Assembly: GCA_965237525.1 (NCBI GenBank)
Contig: CBDEFO010000008.1
Coordinates: forward strand, 1,248,001-1,312,000
Direction of reading: 5' to 3'
Source: Candidatus Latescibacterota bacterium
Lineage (GTDB): Bacteria; Latescibacterota; CBDEFO01
DNA: 64,000 nucleotides
The position numbers and the translations under genes are program-made. The notes beneath the pieces are model-generated. The model was not told the origin of the DNA. It made no database searches and was given only the letters and a program-made list of their open reading frames with translations. Of this stretch, positions 60,731 to 64,000 are shown one piece after another (the stretch's first letter is position 1; each line of letters begins with the position of its first letter).

Positions 60731-61431
60731 TCATTGTCCTATAATAGAAACCAACGTTTTTAGATCAGGAACCTCCAGATCGGGCTCACCCCTTTTGGAC
60801 AGCGTCGCTCCAGATCCCTCTTTCCCCTGTCTCCTGTTGACCCAGACGGCAGATAGGCCTACCGCCTTTGCCGGAACTATGTCGTGATACATACTCTGTG
60901 CAACGTGCAACATTCTTTCAGGTGAAATGCCGATTCTCTTAATAGCAAATTCGAACTTATGCAACGAAGGCTTATAGGTCTTCGCCTGCTCGGCAGTTAT
61001 GATCCAGTCAAACACAACTTCAAGATGCTTTGCCGACAGTTCAAAGAGATCATCATCTATATTAGAGATAATGGCAAGTCTAAACCTAAACTTACTCTTT
61101 AAGTCTCGCAATGCCTGAACAGTGTAGGGGAACGGCTTCCAGTCTCCGAGTGAATCGACAAGACAGTCCAGTTCGGATGGCGCAGGCTCAAAACTGAGCT
61201 TTCCCCCAAACTGTCGCAATACCTCTTTGAGAATCTCTCTATACTTGATATATTGCACCTTTTGCGCTTCTGACTCTATCCGGGCATAAAGCTCGAGAAT
61301 CCGCTCCTCGTTGAGTTTTACACGATGAGTTACAAAACCGATCTCAGTGCCGATAGTATGCCGCTTTCCCAATCGATAAGCGTGCCGTAACAATCGAAGC
61401 TCAGGACTTCGTATCTATTAAAGTCCATCAT
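60731..61431 (-). pseudogene. haloacid dehalogenase type II, frameshifted
   Basis: MMDFNRYEVLSFDCYGTLIDWESGI is in a different frame from ISNIDD, YKP, HVAQSMYHD; shift near 61335. Confidence 0.85.
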
Positions 61432-61469
61432 AGAACTTAGCGCAGCAGAGTCCCGTTAGACAGCAAACA

Positions 61470-61571
61470 GAGATTGCTTCGCTGCCCCTTCGCTCTGCTC
61501 TGGCCTTCAGCTCGCAATGACAGTTTACTCCTCCTTTGGTCATTGCGAGGGCATTCAGTCCGAAGCAATCT
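61470..61571. repeat. GAGATTGCTTCG..CTCGCAATGAC / GTCATTGCGAG..AAGCAATC REP-like pair (also near 13183, 44370, 44477, 60634, 63277)
   Basis: Recurrent inverted motif pair in intergenic DNA. Confidence 0.7.
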
Positions 61572-61603
61572 TGGAGGATGGGAGGTGGTGCCCTGTCTAC
61601 TGT

Positions 61604-62299
61604 CTAACCAGACAGATTGTCTGTTCTACTGTCCACTGTCTGGTTGGAAGAGGAACCAAAGCGGCATCTCTCTTGAATGGGACATTTTGAACATATGGGG
61701 ACACTTTTGCAGGTGGTGTTGCCCAACTTTACAAGGAGAGCGTGATATTCGTTGAAAAGCTGTGCATCCTTTGGAAGGGATCTGTGAAATAGCTCCTGTA
61801 TCTGATGGTAGTCCGTTTTTCCGTCCGTAATACCGACCCTTTCAAGTATCCTTTGAGTGTAGACATCCACGACGAAGACAGGTTTATCCAAGGCGTAAAG
61901 GAGGATGCTGTCCGCCGTCTCAGGGCCTATTCCGTTTATTTTGAGAAGTTGGCACCTCAAGCGGCCCATCTCCATCTTCCCCATCTCTTCGACATCGCCG
62001 CCGTATCGTCCGATAAAGTAGTTCAGGAAGTTCGCCAGCCTCTTTGCCTTGACCCTGAAGTACCCCGCAGGTTTTATGACTTCAGACAATTTGTCCGTAT
62101 CGAGCCGATATATCGCAGAGGGAGACATCAAGTCCTGTCTTTTGAGATTGGCGATAGCCTTCTCAACGTTCTTCCATGAGGTATTCTGAGTCAATATCGC
62201 CCCGACCATCACCTCAAAGCGGGATTCGGCAGGCCACCAGTGCATCGGGCCAAAATGATCCGAAAGCCTACCGAAGATGTCTGTTAGCGTCGCCCTCAC
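61604..62299 (-). CDS. endonuclease III-related HhH-GPD protein with a 4Fe-4S motif
   Basis: GAILTQNT, GIGPETADSILLY, VVDVYT, C..PIC..CP...C. Confidence 0.9.
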   Translation of the reverse strand: MRATLTDIFGRLSDHFGPMHWWPAESRFEVMVGAILTQNTSWKNVEKAIANLKRQDLMSPSAIYRLDTDKLSEVIKPAGYFRVKAKRLANFLNYFIGRYGGDVEEMGKMEMGRLRCQLLKINGIGPETADSILLYALDKPVFVVDVYTQRILERVGITDGKTDYHQIQELFHRSLPKDAQLFNEYHALLVKLGNTTCKSVPICSKCPIQERCRFGSSSNQTVDSRTDNLSG

Positions 62300-63141
62300 T
62301 GAGGATTTACCCAGTATTTGCGCCGGACCCTGTCTTTGAGCAGGAGTTTGCGACCGTCCGGAGCATCGAACTTGACAAGGATGTTGGGATACTCCCTCTC
62401 AAACCAGTAGTACTGGGTCATATCTCCCATCTCTACTTCCACCTTCCAGCAATCGATTTTCCCTGCCTTTGACGCTATCTTTTGGCCCTCTGTTACCCGT
62501 ATGGCAGCATCCCGAATCCTGGGCTCGGATGCCTTGTTATGGATCTGAGATTCCAGAATCCGTGTATTCAGGCTATACCCGGGGTAAAAAGGCAACCCTC
62601 TCAAAGAGATCGGAAGCTGATCCTCCACCAGATCGCCCGCTTTCATATCCAGGTCGTAGCTTCCATCCCCCTGACCGCCCCAGTAAGAATGAAAGACAAG
62701 CCTCGGCCTTTCTGTCCAGCCTTTGAACTCTTTGAACGTGTTTCCGCACCACTCCTGGCTCCCGACCGTCATCTTCACAAGATGGAAGACATCCTTCCTA
62801 TCCACAAAGACGCTCGTTAAGAACCGATATGGGTAATTTTCGGTCTCTATCTCTGAGACGATGTTCAGCTTCAAGATAGGCAGCAGTTCCTTTTGCTCAT
62901 AAGGAGGGTCAGCCTTAGCATAGAATTTGCCATTGAAGTCCTCCTTGACAGTGATAAGCACAGATTGATACTTGCGAACCTTGCCGTATATAACGCGCTC
63001 TGCATCGTATTTTGCCACCTCCGCCTGACCATCGTCCCAGATAGGGTCCTCTCCCCATTTTGAAGGCGCCGCATCCATCTGAATTGCGCAGAAAATGATG
63101 AGGAATGTGGAAGATATAAGGATACCTATTTTGGACTTCAT
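62296..63141 (-). CDS. conserved hypothetical secreted protein
   Basis: Signal peptide, WDDGQAEV, ILKLN, YPY, QEWCG; overlaps the next gene by 4 nt. Confidence 0.7.
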   Translation of the reverse strand: MKSKIGILISSTFLIIFCAIQMDAAPSKWGEDPIWDDGQAEVAKYDAERVIYGKVRKYQSVLITVKEDFNGKFYAKADPPYEQKELLPILKLNIVSEIETENYPYRFLTSVFVDRKDVFHLVKMTVGSQEWCGNTFKEFKGWTERPRLVFHSYWGGQGDGSYDLDMKAGDLVEDQLPISLRGLPFYPGYSLNTRILESQIHNKASEPRIRDAAIRVTEGQKIASKAGKIDCWKVEVEMGDMTQYYWFEREYPNILVKFDAPDGRKLLLKDRVRRKYWVNPQ

Positions 63142-63250
63142 ATCCTGCTCCTTTCTTTCTGTGTAGCTACGCGGTTATTTATCGCTATCTATCGACCTCC
63201 CTGAAAGTATACAAATCTGTGATAAAGCATGTCGGACTTTGACTTTCTAA

Positions 63251-63520
63251 CCCGATTAATTCATAAACTTAGTGGAGTCATTGCGAGGAGCAAAGCGGTC
63301 CCCGATTGAGTCTATCGGGGAAGCAATCTCAAGGTTTTATAGTGGTCTCCTATGAGAGCCGGAGAGTGTTACATCTACCACAGTAACCCCCGATTAAATC
63401 TATCGGGGGGATTGCTTCGCCTTCGGCTCGCGAGGACACCGTAAGGTGGTTAAAAGGCATAACTATAATATAATACAATCCCTTAATTAATACACGACCT
63501 TTTTTTGTGAATTATTCGGG
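63251..63520 (-). mobile_element. MITE copy 2 (270 bp), inverted relative to copy 1
   Basis: Same TIRs; CTAA duplicated (63247-63250, 63521-63524); contains 21-bp elements at 63300-63320 and 63388-63408. Confidence 0.88.
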
Positions 63521-63818
63521 CTAAATGCAACGTTATAAAAACCCAAACATCTCAAAAGAAGAGGCTTGGAAAACAGAACATACTTTGTTATATTAAGTAT
63601 GAAACCTATGTAGATGGGCAAGTAGACAGGGCTCCTCACCCCGCTGTAAGCTTTCTACTACTTTGGATGTCTATAAGCTTGTACGGACAATTTTGACACG
63701 ATACCTGCATGCTTAAGTCAAATTCCTTCCCGTCCATGCAGATCACTCTATGTTCAAAAATATTGCCTGAACTATTCTTCTGATACGCTGTCCATCGTCA
63801 ACCTGATGAAACTACACT

Positions 63819-64000
63819 ATGAAGACCCTTCACAAAGCACTCAACATAGCGGTGGTAATACTTGTAGCGTCCCTTTTTGTTCCAAGTTTAGTGTTTTCAC
63901 AGACCTTCGGCAAAAACAAAGTCAACTATAAACACTATAGATTCTCCTACATCGAGTCAGAGCACTTCGAGATCTACTACGCTGATGGTTCCAAGAAAAT
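63819..64000 (+). CDS. secreted protein, partial (N-terminus typical of peptidase MA/PD40/BamA-like surface proteins)
   Basis: Hand translation MKTLHKALNIAVVILVASLFVPSLVFSQTFGKNKVNY..SEHFEIYY; runs off the window. Confidence 0.65.
   Translation, partial: MKTLHKALNIAVVILVASLFVPSLVFSQTFGKNKVNYKHYRFSYIESEHFEIYYADGSKK

Noticed and set aside
10633..63408. 21-bp palindromes as CRISPR repeats
   Set aside because: Dispersed, nested and in both orientations, with no regular spacers and no cas genes.

Overview
Bacterial chromosomal region. A phylum of the FCB group such as Latescibacterota is suggested by the EF-hand/dockerin-like tags and the many PhyH, aldolase and oxidoreductase genes; this is inference only. 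Housekeeping content: thyX (partial), a tol-pal operon with a 1.49-kb tandem duplication, a peptidoglycan-remodelling cluster, meaB, purB, tRNA-Leu(CAG), rplM-rpsI-rpsB-tsf-pyrH-frr, rsgA, queA, rarA, radC, thiO and sthA. Catabolic genes and about ten pseudogenes or gene fragments are interspersed. Mobile DNA: three near-identical 1519-bp IS1182-family copies (4-bp YTAA duplications), one atypical IS with perfect 19-21-bp inverted repeats, and two inverted copies of a 248/270-bp MITE. The most unusual signal is a 21-bp palindrome (consensus CCCCGATAGATTCAATCGGGG) present 12 or more times. It nests inside itself and inside other repeats, shows a filled versus empty site in the two MITE copies, and sits in-frame inside two otherwise intact genes, adding SPIDSIG or SPIDAIG to the proteins. 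No CRISPR array or rRNA was seen. Product calls come from motif recognition by eye, not from database searches.
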